Origin: Turneriella sp.
GTDB lineage: Bacteria; Spirochaetota; Leptospiria; Turneriellales; Turneriellaceae
Direction: 5' to 3'
DNA length: 64,000 bases
Assembly: GCA_965279515.1 (NCBI GenBank)
Contig: CBDIID010000003.1
Span: forward strand, 1,728,001-1,792,000
Each line of letters begins with the position of its first letter. Position 1 is the first letter of the stretch. The translations under genes and the position numbers were made by a program. Below, one piece after another: positions 46,755-56,188 of this stretch. The notes under the pieces are model-generated. The model searched no databases. It worked only from the letters and a program-made list of their open reading frames with translations, and was not told where the DNA came from.

Positions 46755-48221
46755 TCAGGTGCCGCAGAAAGTGCGGTAAGGCTCGCCGTCTACCGGCGCG
46801 GCCTTGCGGTAATCGGCGTTCGCGGCTGATTCGGTGAATGGGGCCGTGACGGCCTGCCAGAGATTTTGCAGAACGCTCAGGTCACCTTGCACAGCTGCGG
46901 CAAGCGCCTCTTCGACCTTGTGATTGCGCGGAATCACAGCCGGGTTCACCGCGCGCATGTTTTGTTTTGCTTCGCCCGGTGACATGCTTTGGCGCGCGAG
47001 CCGTTCGTGCCAGAGCTTTGACCAGCTGTGGAAATCCGCATCAGCGAATAGCGCTGAATCGGGCAGGTTATCTTCAGAGAGGTGACGGAAAGTATTGGTA
47101 TAATCGGCGCCGTGTTTTTCCATCAGAGCCAGCAAACCAAAGGCAAGATCGGCGTCTTTATCTTCGGTGTTAATAATCCCCAGTTTTGCGCGCATGCCAC
47201 GCAGCCAATAGTTGTTAAAGCTCTCGCCAAATTCGGCGAGCGCCTGTTGCGCAAGTTCAATCGCCTTCGCATCGTCTGCGTCTATCAGCGGCAGCAACGT
47301 CTCTGCAAGGCGGGCGAGATTCCACGAGGCGATGCGCGGCTGGTTGGCGTATGCGTAGCGGCCATGCTGGTCGATAGAACTGAATACCGTCGCGGGATTA
47401 TACGCGTCCATAAACGCGCAGGGACCGAAGTCGATCGACTCGCCCGATAGGGCCATGTTATCGGTGTTCATCACGCCATGGATAAAACCGACAAGCTGCC
47501 ACTGGGCGATGAGCTTTGCCTGGTTCCCGGCAATCGCCTGGAAGAATGCGAGGTAGATATTTTCCTTCTGCAGAACTTCAGGGTAATGCCGGCGGATTGT
47601 GTAATCGGCCAAGGCCTTCACCGTGCCGATGTCTCCCTGAGCCGCAGCGAATTCGAATGTGCCAACCCGAATATGACTCGCCGCCACGCGCGTCAGAATC
47701 GCGCCCGGCAAAACATTTTCACGGTACACGGGTTCACCTGTCGCCACGACCGCCAGGCTTTGCGTCGTGGGGATTCCCAACGCATGCAGCGCTTCGCTGA
47801 TGATATATTCGCGCAGCATCGGCCCCAGCGCCGCACGGCCGTCGCCGCGGCGCGAATACGGCGTCTGCCCCGAGCCCTTCAGTTGAATGTCGAAGCGTTT
47901 ACCGTCAGGCGTCACCTGCTCGCACAAAAGAATCGCGCGCCCGTCGCCCAGCACCGTAAAATGGCCGAACTGGTGTCCCGCGTATGCCTGCGCGAGCGGT
48001 TCTGCGCCCAAGGGTAAATCATTGCCTGAAAAAAGTGCCGCGAGTTTTTCGGGCGCCTCACCGGCAAGGTCAAGGCCAAGCTCGCGCGCGAGGCGATGGT
48101 TAAAAATCACCAGGGTGGGCTCTGCGATCGTGGCCGGTTTTGCCGCGGCGAATAAAATGCCGGGCAGCGTTCGGTAACTATTGTCTAAATTCCAGCCGGC
48201 TGTTTGTGTAGAAGTTGTCAC
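46755..48221 (-). CDS. selO: Protein adenylyltransferase SelO/YdiU
   Basis: YAGHQFG, LGDGRA, QLKGSG.TPYSRRGDGRA, HGVMNTDN, IDFGP, TFCGT; GTG start inferred. Confidence 0.95.
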   Translation of the reverse strand: MTTSTQTAGWNLDNSYRTLPGILFAAAKPATIAEPTLVIFNHRLARELGLDLAGEAPEKLAALFSGNDLPLGAEPLAQAYAGHQFGHFTVLGDGRAILLCEQVTPDGKRFDIQLKGSGQTPYSRRGDGRAALGPMLREYIISEALHALGIPTTQSLAVVATGEPVYRENVLPGAILTRVAASHIRVGTFEFAAAQGDIGTVKALADYTIRRHYPEVLQKENIYLAFFQAIAGNQAKLIAQWQLVGFIHGVMNTDNMALSGESIDFGPCAFMDAYNPATVFSSIDQHGRYAYANQPRIASWNLARLAETLLPLIDADDAKAIELAQQALAEFGESFNNYWLRGMRAKLGIINTEDKDADLAFGLLALMEKHGADYTNTFRHLSEDNLPDSALFADADFHSWSKLWHERLARQSMSPGEAKQNMRAVNPAVIPRNHKVEEALAAAVQGDLSVLQNLWQAVTAPFTESAANADYRKAAPVDGEPYRTFCGT

Positions 48222-48321
48222 AGATGCATGCAAGTTAAGGAGGATGGCCAGCGGCGGCGAATAAAAACCTCGCCACGCCACATTTGCTTGACGATGAAAA
48301 GCTACACAAAACTGCAACAGC

Positions 48322-48795
48322 ATGACCTTGCCAACCCTTCTCGCAGGCCTGCACTTTCTGGGGCTCGGCCTCGCCTTTCTTGGCAGCGGCAGCCGTATCG
48401 CAGCCCTCGATAGGGTGGCGCAAGGCGATCGTGGCCAACTGAAAGCCGTATTTGCAGCCGACAATATCTGGGGAATTTCCGCCCTGTTGCTGCTGGCGAC
48501 GGGGCTGGTGAGGGCATTCGCCGGCTATGAAAAGGGCAGCACGTTTTATCTGAACAATGCGGCGTTTTTTGTAAAGCTGGGGTTATTCCTTCTCGTATTT
48601 GCGCTAGAGATTCTGCCGATGATCACGCTCATCCAGTGGCGCATTGCCGGGGCAAAGGGTCAAACACCGCCCATGGAACAGCTGGTAAAAAAATCACGCA
48701 AGCTGCGCGGGATTTCCATAGTGCAGATGTTCCTGCTGGTGGTTTTGGTTCTCACCGCCTCGACCATGGCGCGCGGCCTCTGGATGCTGCATTGA
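48322..48795 (+). CDS. DUF2214 family membrane protein
   Basis: ADNIWGISA, TGLVRAF..EKGSTFY, LEILPMITLIQWR, MARG. Confidence 0.8.
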   Translation: MTLPTLLAGLHFLGLGLAFLGSGSRIAALDRVAQGDRGQLKAVFAADNIWGISALLLLATGLVRAFAGYEKGSTFYLNNAAFFVKLGLFLLVFALEILPMITLIQWRIAGAKGQTPPMEQLVKKSRKLRGISIVQMFLLVVLVLTASTMARGLWMLH

Positions 48796-49445
48796 TACCG
48801 CGGATAAAAATCTGCTGCATCGGCTCGGTCGCCGAGGCGCGCCTCGCGATCGAACACGGTGCCGCAGCTGTTGGCCTCGTCGGCCATATGCCCAGCGGGC
48901 CAGGTATCATTACCGATGAAGCAATCCGTGAAATCGCCCTGAGCGTGCCGCCCGGTATTTCAAGTTTTCTTTTGACCAGCGAGACGACGGTTCAGGCCAT
49001 CGTCGCCCACCATAAAAAAGTACGCACCTCGACGATACAGCTCGTCGATGCACTGAGTTCGGGAAGTTATGCAGACCTGAGAGCAGAGCTCCCCGGGGTT
49101 AAACTCGTTCAGGTGATTCATGTTCTGGATAAGAAAAACGTCGATGAGGCTCTGAGCATTGCGCGTGAAGTCGACGCATTGCTGCTCGACAGTGGTAATC
49201 CTAATCTCGCCGTCAAAGAACTCGGCGGCACGGGCCGCACGCACAACTGGCAGATCAGCCGGCAGATTGTGGATGCCTCGCCGGTACCGGTCTATCTCGC
49301 CGGTGGACTCAATGCCGCGAATGTGCGTGAAGCGATCGAAACCGTGAGGCCGTTTGGTCTCGACCTGTGCAGCAGTGTGCGCACGAATGGAAAACTTGAC
49401 GCAGAAAAGCTAAGCACCTTCGCGCAAGCGGTGCGCAGCAGTTAG
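48792..49445 (+). CDS. trpF: Phosphoribosylanthranilate isomerase
   Basis: RIKICCI, LLLDSG, GGTGRTHNW, LAGGLNAANV, DLCSSV; TTG start overlapping the upstream stop. Confidence 0.88.
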   Translation: MIPRIKICCIGSVAEARLAIEHGAAAVGLVGHMPSGPGIITDEAIREIALSVPPGISSFLLTSETTVQAIVAHHKKVRTSTIQLVDALSSGSYADLRAELPGVKLVQVIHVLDKKNVDEALSIAREVDALLLDSGNPNLAVKELGGTGRTHNWQISRQIVDASPVPVYLAGGLNAANVREAIETVRPFGLDLCSSVRTNGKLDAEKLSTFAQAVRSS

Positions 49446-50551
49446 CCGTTATTCAGGCGAATCTTGCCACCAGCGATAATAAATCCGCCGGCAGTATCAT
49501 AGAGCACGCCCGCCTGCCCCGGCGTCACAGCCCATGCGGGTTCAGTGAGTTCAACGCGCAATAAATCCCCTTCCCTATAAGCAGTCGCTGCGAGGGGCTT
49601 GCCATTATAACGGATCTGTGCAAGGCAGGGCACACCCTCGCTCCAGGCGCGATCATCAGCTGCCACGCCCTGGAAAATGACATCGCGGATATAAAATGTT
49701 TTGCGTTCAAGTTCTTCGCGCGGCCCTAAAATGACATCGCCATTGGAGAGCACATCGAGCACAAATTGCGCTTCGGCAAAACCCGCCACGCCCAAACCCT
49801 TGCGCTGGCCGATGGTAAATCCCACTGAGCCATCGTGTTTACCTAAAATTGCGCCGAGTCGGTTGCGAAAATAACCCGGCCGCATATCGACGCCCTCGCG
49901 CTTCAGGAAAGCGCGGTGGTCGTTGTCGGGAATAAAACAAATCTCTTGCGAGTCGGGTTTGCGCGCGACGGGAATGTTATTTTCTTCGGCGATGCGGCGC
50001 GCATCGTCTTTGACGATTTTCGCCAAAGGAAAAACCGTGCGCGCGAGCGAGTCCTGCGACATGCCATAGAGATAATAGCTCTGGTCCTTTTTTTTATCCG
50101 CCGCAGGCGCAACCGCGTAGCGGCCATTGGGCAGGTGCACAATGTCGGCATAGTGGCCGGTCGCGATCTGGTCAAAACCCAACGCCGTGGCCTTGGTATA
50201 AAACTCACCGAACTTGATATAAGTATTGCAATGCACGCAGGGGTTGGGCGTCAGCCCGTTCTGGTAATCGGCAACAAAGGGGTCGATCACGTTCTCGCGG
50301 AAGTCGGCTTCCATCTTCAAAGCATAGAAGGGGATGCCCATACCGCGCGCCGATTTTTCCGCATCGGCCATGTCTTCAGGCGAGCAGCACGAGGTGATAC
50401 GCGATTTCTTGGTGACGTCGGTTTCACACTCGGTTTTGTATTCCCAAAACCGCATGTTGGCACCAATGACCTCATGCCCCTGCTCTTTTAAGAGGTAGGC
50501 AGAGACGGCCGAATCGACACCGCCTGACATCGCACAGAGAACGCGCGCCAT
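49442..50551 (-). CDS. mnmA: tRNA-specific 2-thiouridylase
   Basis: AMSGGVDSAV, TPNPCVHCN, ATGHY, KDQSYYL, DSQEICF, TIGQRKG, VTPGQ. Confidence 0.97.
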   Translation of the reverse strand: MARVLCAMSGGVDSAVSAYLLKEQGHEVIGANMRFWEYKTECETDVTKKSRITSCCSPEDMADAEKSARGMGIPFYALKMEADFRENVIDPFVADYQNGLTPNPCVHCNTYIKFGEFYTKATALGFDQIATGHYADIVHLPNGRYAVAPAADKKKDQSYYLYGMSQDSLARTVFPLAKIVKDDARRIAEENNIPVARKPDSQEICFIPDNDHRAFLKREGVDMRPGYFRNRLGAILGKHDGSVGFTIGQRKGLGVAGFAEAQFVLDVLSNGDVILGPREELERKTFYIRDVIFQGVAADDRAWSEGVPCLAQIRYNGKPLAATAYREGDLLRVELTEPAWAVTPGQAGVLYDTAGGFIIAGGKIRLNNG

Positions 50552-50555
50552 AGGG

Positions 50556-50876
50556 CTAGTACCGGGCCATATTGGGGTCTATACGTACTGCCCAATCTTC
50601 GATGCCGCCCGCCAGGTTTGAAACATTTTTGAAGCCCTGAGACAGTAAATACTCGGCCGCGCGCTGTGAGCGCCCGCCGTGGTGGCATTGGATAACAAGT
50701 TCGTCTTGGGGGTCGAGCTCGCCGGCACGCTGCGTCAGCTCATGGAGCGGAATATGCACCGCGCCCTCGATTTTACAGATATCGAGTTCGTTCGCCTGGC
50801 GCACGTCGACTAGGACAAATTTTTCCCCGGCGTCGAATTTTGCCTTGAGCTGTTCTACGGAAAGCTGATCGATCAT
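50556..50876 (-). CDS. Single-domain rhodanese (sulfurtransferase)
   Basis: LVDVR, CHHGGRS, NLAGGIEDW. Confidence 0.9.
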   Translation of the reverse strand: MIDQLSVEQLKAKFDAGEKFVLVDVRQANELDICKIEGAVHIPLHELTQRAGELDPQDELVIQCHHGGRSQRAAEYLLSQGFKNVSNLAGGIEDWAVRIDPNMARY

Positions 50877-50961
50877 CGAGCAAAATATACAACCGAAACA
50901 TGCCGTAAGCCAGAAAAGACTCCGCACTGCTCAGGCACCCGCATCAGCTTTTTAGGATAGA

Positions 50962-51007
50962 ACTCCCAAAAAGTCTTGACTATTTGGGAGTAAGAGTCCA
51001 AATAGTC
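50962..51007. promoter_or_regulatory. Overlapping inverted repeats over the AAA-DUF4143 promoter
   Basis: ACTCCCAAA-A-AGTC-TT-GACT-A-TTTGGGAGT and GACTATTTGG-N10-CCAAATAGTC; TTGACT at 50976. Confidence 0.75.
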
Positions 51008-51009
51008 GA

Positions 51010-52182
51010 ATGCCATCTGATGGTCGCTATCTTACAGAAATCATCCGGACCGACGCGGCCAGCAAAATGGTTATCCTGGCTGGCCCCCGCCAGGCAGGCA
51101 AAACGACACTCTGCCGCCACCTGGATGCAGACCATGAATATCTGAATTTCGACGTCGACCGGCACCGCAAAATCATGCGCGAACGCACATGGGACCGGTC
51201 AAAAAAGTATCTGATTTTCGATGAGCTGCATAAAATGCCAAAATGGAAGAACTGGCTCAAAGGCATTATCGATGACGACGAGGAAAACCAGCGCATTCTC
51301 GTCACGGGCAGTGCGCGGCTTGAAACTTTCAGAAAAACCGGCGACTCCCTGGCGGGGCGTTTTTTCCAATACCGGCTGCACCCCTTTGACCTGAAGGAGA
51401 TTTCAACCTGGGAAAAAAAAACTCCCGGTGATGAAATTATCACCCGCATGCTGACCTGCGGTAACTTCCCGGAGCCATATCTTAAGGGATCGCTCGCGTT
51501 CTACAACAAATGGAAAACGGCGCACATCGACATCATTCTGCGGCAGGATCTCATCGATCTCGAACCGGTGCGCGACCTGAAGGGCGTCGAACTGCTTATA
51601 GATCTCCTGCGTGAACGCGTCGGCTCCCCCCTGTCTGCAAACTCGCTGGCGCGCGACTTGCAGAAAGACCACAAAACAATTCAGCACTGGCTGACCATCC
51701 TGGAAAATCTCTACGTCATTTTCACGGTCCGACCTTACCACCGCAATGTCGCACGCGCGATTCTGAAAGAACCCAAAATCTACTTCTTCGATACGGCACA
51801 GGTTGAAGGTGACGACGGCGTAAAATTTGAAAATCTCGTTGCCTGCGCGCTTTTTAAAGAAGTACAGTATTGCACCGACGCGCTGGGGCAAAAGCTCGAC
51901 CTGCACTATGTCCGCAATAAAGACGGTAAAGAGGTGGATTTCCTCGTGACGCGCGATAAAAAACCCGAACGCCTTATCGAAACGAAGCTCGGCGATGAAA
52001 ACATTTCACCGCACCTCAAAACCTTTGCGGCGATGCTCGGAACAAAACTCAACACCCAGGTCAACAGAACAGCGGCAAGGGAGCAGACGTTACGCGGCGG
52101 TTTTGAGCTGAGGCGCGCCGCTGATTGGCTCGCCCGACTGGACCTTTCAGCGCATAAAGAATTCGAGCGCAAACCAGAATAG
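51010..52182 (+). CDS. AAA+ ATPase (AAA_14) with DUF4143 and PD-(D/E)xK-like C-terminus
   Basis: GPRQAGKTT, IFDELH, VTGSA, SLAGR, PKIYFFDT, FENLV, EVDFL...IETK. Confidence 0.92.
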   Translation: MPSDGRYLTEIIRTDAASKMVILAGPRQAGKTTLCRHLDADHEYLNFDVDRHRKIMRERTWDRSKKYLIFDELHKMPKWKNWLKGIIDDDEENQRILVTGSARLETFRKTGDSLAGRFFQYRLHPFDLKEISTWEKKTPGDEIITRMLTCGNFPEPYLKGSLAFYNKWKTAHIDIILRQDLIDLEPVRDLKGVELLIDLLRERVGSPLSANSLARDLQKDHKTIQHWLTILENLYVIFTVRPYHRNVARAILKEPKIYFFDTAQVEGDDGVKFENLVACALFKEVQYCTDALGQKLDLHYVRNKDGKEVDFLVTRDKKPERLIETKLGDENISPHLKTFAAMLGTKLNTQVNRTAAREQTLRGGFELRRAADWLARLDLSAHKEFERKPE

Positions 52183-53301
52183 ATCCATCGCGCCGGGGCT
52201 GGTGACGGTGCCGAAGAAGGCGCGGCGCGGCAGGCCGAATTTCAGATTCAGCTCTTTGAGTTCATGCATCTGCTCGCCGTCAAGGACCAACTTCTTAAAT
52301 TCCTTTTGTGAGCTATCGGAAAAATTCTGCGCGAGCAATGTCTTCACCGCGGCGCCGGCTGAGAGATGCCCCATTATAAAGGAAGAACGGATGCCCGAAC
52401 CGCCGCGCGCCTCGACCTGCCCCACGGCGTCGCCTGCCAGAATCAGATTCGGTGCGGGCAGAATATCTGCCCCGACATCGCCCATCGGTATTAGCGTATT
52501 CGTCTCGTAATAACGCTCCGAGCCCTTGAGTTTCTCGCCGAACACCGGGTGCAGGGTTTCAAAGTTGTCGATGATTTCGGCGATCTTTTTGAAATTGAGC
52601 GGCACTTCAGGCTTTTGTGCCGCGTCGGTGATAAACATCACCAAAACCTCGGCTTCTTGATTACCGCGCGGGAAAATTGCCGCGATCGCAGGGTATGTCT
52701 CATCGACATGGAAAAAATATTCGAGATGGTCGTCGCGGCCCTGGTAATTGCGGACGAGATATTTCCGCAAGGGGATATCCAACCGGCTCTTCGCTCTTTT
52801 GTCGCGGTCGATTGTCGGGTCACTGTGACCGCCCGTGGCGAAAAACAGATCGGCTTCAAAGCGGCGCTCGCTACCCGCCACATCGGCGACGGCTGCGGCA
52901 ATACGGCTGCCGGTCTTATCGTAACGCAAAACATTTGCACCAGTGATAATCTCGGCGCCCGCCTCGCGCGCGACGCGTGCGAGAGTCTGCACAAAACGCG
53001 GGTATTCGATGATGAGATTCCACGTCGAGATCTGGCGGTCGGCCTTTTTTTTCCCGGTGTGAGAATAGTACGTGCGCTTGTTGATGCGGTGGATGGTCTG
53101 CTCGGCAAAAAAGCCTTTGTACAGCAGGTCTTCCATGCCCTGGTGGAAACGGATGGTTTCGCCGCGGCGGTTAATCCCCACTTCTTTTTCTTTTTCGAGA
53201 ACAGTGACTTTGACGCCTGAGCGCGCAAGGCTGAGCGCAGCCCCTAGACCGGCGGGGCCGGCGCCAACAATGACGGCTGTCTTACCTGACATCACTGTCA
53301 T
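52147..53301 (-). CDS. FAD-dependent oxidoreductase (geranylgeranyl reductase-like)
   Basis: IVGAGPAGL, AIFPRG, LAGDAVGQV...GGSGI. Confidence 0.85.
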   Translation of the reverse strand: MTVMSGKTAVIVGAGPAGLGAALSLARSGVKVTVLEKEKEVGINRRGETIRFHQGMEDLLYKGFFAEQTIHRINKRTYYSHTGKKKADRQISTWNLIIEYPRFVQTLARVAREAGAEIITGANVLRYDKTGSRIAAAVADVAGSERRFEADLFFATGGHSDPTIDRDKRAKSRLDIPLRKYLVRNYQGRDDHLEYFFHVDETYPAIAAIFPRGNQEAEVLVMFITDAAQKPEVPLNFKKIAEIIDNFETLHPVFGEKLKGSERYYETNTLIPMGDVGADILPAPNLILAGDAVGQVEARGGSGIRSSFIMGHLSAGAAVKTLLAQNFSDSSQKEFKKLVLDGEQMHELKELNLKFGLPRRAFFGTVTSPGAMDLFWFALEFFMR

Positions 53302-53348
53302 TATTTATTGGGATTCAGGACGACAAGCAGATCGTTGCCGTATGCCCA

Positions 53349-53840
53349 TCAATTTTCGGAAATTTTCTGCAGCGCTGCGGCCGTCAACTGACGCCAATAC
53401 TCTGCGCAGCCGTCAGAGCCTTCAGCGGGCGCCCAGGGCGCAAATTCCTTATCATTCGTAACAATGTATGGCCCGGGCTTAACCTCATAACAGACAGCGG
53501 TGTCGCTAAGAACAATAATCGTGTGCCAGATGCCGGCGCCGACATCGACACCATAGTTTGCCCCAGCGCCCAAACGGTGCACTGCGCGGATTTCCCCGGT
53601 ATTTTCAAAGATCACACAGGCAACACTGCCCTCGAGCACCAGAAAGGACTCGGGTTTAGGCGGGTTGGCGTGGCGGTGAGGCGTAAAATAAGCGTCTTTC
53701 AGCATCACGTTCAGAAAACGATTGGGATTTTCCCCGAGACTGGCGTGGAAATTGTGATTCACACGGCGCCGTGGTGCGGTTTTGGCTTTTTTGACGAGCT
53801 CACCCACAAGACCGGGTGAAATCAGCTGAACTTCTGGCAT
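53349..53840 (-). CDS. WbuC family cupin-fold metalloprotein
   Basis: PRRRVNHNFH, PHRH, ESFLVLEG, GIWHT, EVKPGPY, FAPWAPAEG. Confidence 0.9.
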   Translation of the reverse strand: MPEVQLISPGLVGELVKKAKTAPRRRVNHNFHASLGENPNRFLNVMLKDAYFTPHRHANPPKPESFLVLEGSVACVIFENTGEIRAVHRLGAGANYGVDVGAGIWHTIIVLSDTAVCYEVKPGPYIVTNDKEFAPWAPAEGSDGCAEYWRQLTAAALQKISEN

Positions 53841-53940
53841 CTATAGCACTTCAAAAAGCTGCAACCGCCCGCCAAGCCGAATCGCCTGCCCTTGAAGCGA
53901 AAATCTCTTGCAGCACCAAGCGCCGCTCTTAACGTGTTTC

Positions 53941-54273
53941 ATGCAGGTGATGGTTTCTCAGCTTTGGGACAATTTTATGTTCTTTCTTGTTGTCGGCGTA
54001 TTTATTGAACTTGCTGTTTCTGCTATTTTTTCGATCCGCATTATCGACGATTTCCTCAATACAACGTTATTGCGTTCCATTAAAAATGCCCTCGTCATCA
54101 TCGCCTCCTTCGGCATCTGCGCGAAAATCGATTCGCTGCGTTTCTTTTACGGAACCAAACTGGCAATGCCTGAAATGATCCATTTTATACTCTCCAGTCT
54201 CGTGCTCGCGCGTATGGCCAATCTCGTGCACGAGTTGATCAACTACATCAAGGCGCGAAGCAAGGCCATGTGA
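53941..54273 (+). CDS. Small hypothetical membrane protein
   Basis: About 110 aa with three hydrophobic segments, 25 nt upstream of the cyclase gene. Confidence 0.6.
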   Translation: MQVMVSQLWDNFMFFLVVGVFIELAVSAIFSIRIIDDFLNTTLLRSIKNALVIIASFGICAKIDSLRFFYGTKLAMPEMIHFILSSLVLARMANLVHELINYIKARSKAM

Positions 54274-54298
54274 TACGCGGCGACGGGCGGGCAGCACG

Positions 54299-56188
54299 AT
54301 GAAAAATTTATCGTTGCGCTACAAACTGATGGTGATCACCTCGGGGTTGATTATCGTCAGCCTCGTTGTGCTTTCGGTCATTTCGATCCGGTATTTTTCC
54401 CAGGACAAAACCGATCTCATCAAAAGCCAGATGAACGATACGGTTAAACTGATCGCAGAAAAACTCAAAACTGAAATCTCCACCAAAATGGATACCCTGG
54501 CGCTCTTTGATCGCCTCGGTGGCGGTGCAGCGAATGCCGCCGCTCCTAAGCGACGCGGCCGCATCGTGAAGAAAGCGGCGCCACAGAATACGACGGCAAA
54601 CAGCGACCTGATTCCTGAAAGTGCGGGAATCCTCCGCGTCAGCCGTTATGTCTACACTGCCCAGGGAGTGACACGCACCGCGAAACGCGATGTCGCCGCA
54701 CTTCTGCAAAAGGCCGAGATTGACGCTGATTCCCTCGACCGCGATGAGACGCGCCTCGCCGAAAAACTGGTTCCTGTTTTCAAGGGGCAATCGCTGCTGC
54801 TGACACGCACACAATCATTCGGCAAACCGGTCTGGTTTCTCGCGTTCCCCATCGTACAAAACCTGGTCGCGACAAAAGTCATCGCGGCGTATCTGCAAAC
54901 AGAGCTGCTGGATTCAGCATTCAAATCGCAGCTCTATACTTCTTTCTTCATCGACAGCGAACGCGGCATCGTTGTCCATACAGACAAACAGGAAACTCTC
55001 GCGGGCCGCAACGCCAAAGACCACCCTGCCGTCACATTTCTGACGGGACAACCTGCGCGCACCGCTTTCTCGATCTATAGAGCCCCCGATGGTGCAGGTG
55101 AGAACTTCGGCGCCTATTCAAAACTCGACATCGGCAATACTGCCGTGGTCGTTGAAATATCCAAAGACAAAGCGCTCGAATCGGTGAACCGGCTGCGCAC
55201 AACAGCGGCGCTCATCGCCGGCATCATCATTCTTATCGCATTGCTGCTGGTTTATTTTTTCGCCAAAACAATTTCAGAACCGATCCGTGAATTGAAGCTT
55301 GCAGCTGACCGCATCAAAAGCGGCGATTACAGCACCCACCTCACACCGCGCAGCGGCGACGAAGTCGGCGCGCTGACGCAGGCCTTCAATGACATGGCTG
55401 TGGGTTTAGAGGAGCGCGAAAAGCTCAAGGGTGCGCTCGGTAAATTTGTGAACCCTGAGATCGCCGAGAAGGCGATGAAGGGCGAACTCAAACTCGGCGG
55501 CGAGCGCCGGGTCGCCACGATCTTCTTTTCGGATATTCGTTCTTTCACGGCGATCTCTGAGAAACTCGAACCCGAAGAGGTTGTCGAGTTCCTGAACGCC
55601 TACATGACGATCATGGTCAAGATCATCGGGCAGTACAACGGCATCGTCGATAAATTCATCGGTGATGCGATTATGGCCGTCTGGGGAGTACCCGAATCGA
55701 AGGGCAATGACGCGCTGAACGCCGTGAATGCCACGATTGAAATGCGCACAGCGCTTCTCGAATTTAACAAGGGCCGTGGCTCGGACAAAAAACCTGTCAT
55801 CAAAATCGGCTGCGGCCTCAACACGGGGCCCGTACTCGCCGGGCAAATCGGCTCCGACGACCGCCTCGATTATACCGTGATCGGCGATGCGGTGAATCTC
55901 GCATCGCGCGTCGAAACGCTCAATAAACCTTTCGGCACCGACATTCTGATTTCAGAAGATACTTACCAAATCGTCAAAAACGAATTCGACTGCGAGGCGA
56001 TGCAAAAGATCAAGGTCAAGGGAAAATCCGAACCGCAGCAGATCTATGCCGTGATACGGAAGAAATCCGACAAGTCGGGACCCAAGAACCTTAAAGAGCT
56101 GCGTGCGCTGCTCGGCATCGACATGAAGGGCAAACCCGCAAAATCGGGTGACGACGAAGAAGTGAAATATGAAATTCTCGAAGGGTGA
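54299..56188 (+). CDS. Class III adenylate cyclase with periplasmic Cache-like sensor and HAMP domain
   Basis: Two TM helices; ISEPIREL...DEVGALTQAFNDM; FFSDIRSFT, DKFIGDAIM, YTVIGDAVNLASRVE. Confidence 0.95.
   Translation: MKNLSLRYKLMVITSGLIIVSLVVLSVISIRYFSQDKTDLIKSQMNDTVKLIAEKLKTEISTKMDTLALFDRLGGGAANAAAPKRRGRIVKKAAPQNTTANSDLIPESAGILRVSRYVYTAQGVTRTAKRDVAALLQKAEIDADSLDRDETRLAEKLVPVFKGQSLLLTRTQSFGKPVWFLAFPIVQNLVATKVIAAYLQTELLDSAFKSQLYTSFFIDSERGIVVHTDKQETLAGRNAKDHPAVTFLTGQPARTAFSIYRAPDGAGENFGAYSKLDIGNTAVVVEISKDKALESVNRLRTTAALIAGIIILIALLLVYFFAKTISEPIRELKLAADRIKSGDYSTHLTPRSGDEVGALTQAFNDMAVGLEEREKLKGALGKFVNPEIAEKAMKGELKLGGERRVATIFFSDIRSFTAISEKLEPEEVVEFLNAYMTIMVKIIGQYNGIVDKFIGDAIMAVWGVPESKGNDALNAVNATIEMRTALLEFNKGRGSDKKPVIKIGCGLNTGPVLAGQIGSDDRLDYTVIGDAVNLASRVETLNKPFGTDILISEDTYQIVKNEFDCEAMQKIKVKGKSEPQQIYAVIRKKSDKSGPKNLKELRALLGIDMKGKPAKSGDDEEVKYEILEG

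Noticed and set aside
46755..48464. Extended 569 aa SelO ORF or a selenocysteine-containing C-terminus
   Set aside because: The extension overlaps the divergent DUF2214 gene; the protein ends TFCGT with Cys and a normal stop.
54515..54590. GC-rich hairpins in the cyclase loop GGGAANAAAPKRRGRIVKK as another element copy
   Set aside because: Lacks the GCGC-loop-GCGC and nested-stem architecture; pairing is explainable by GC content.
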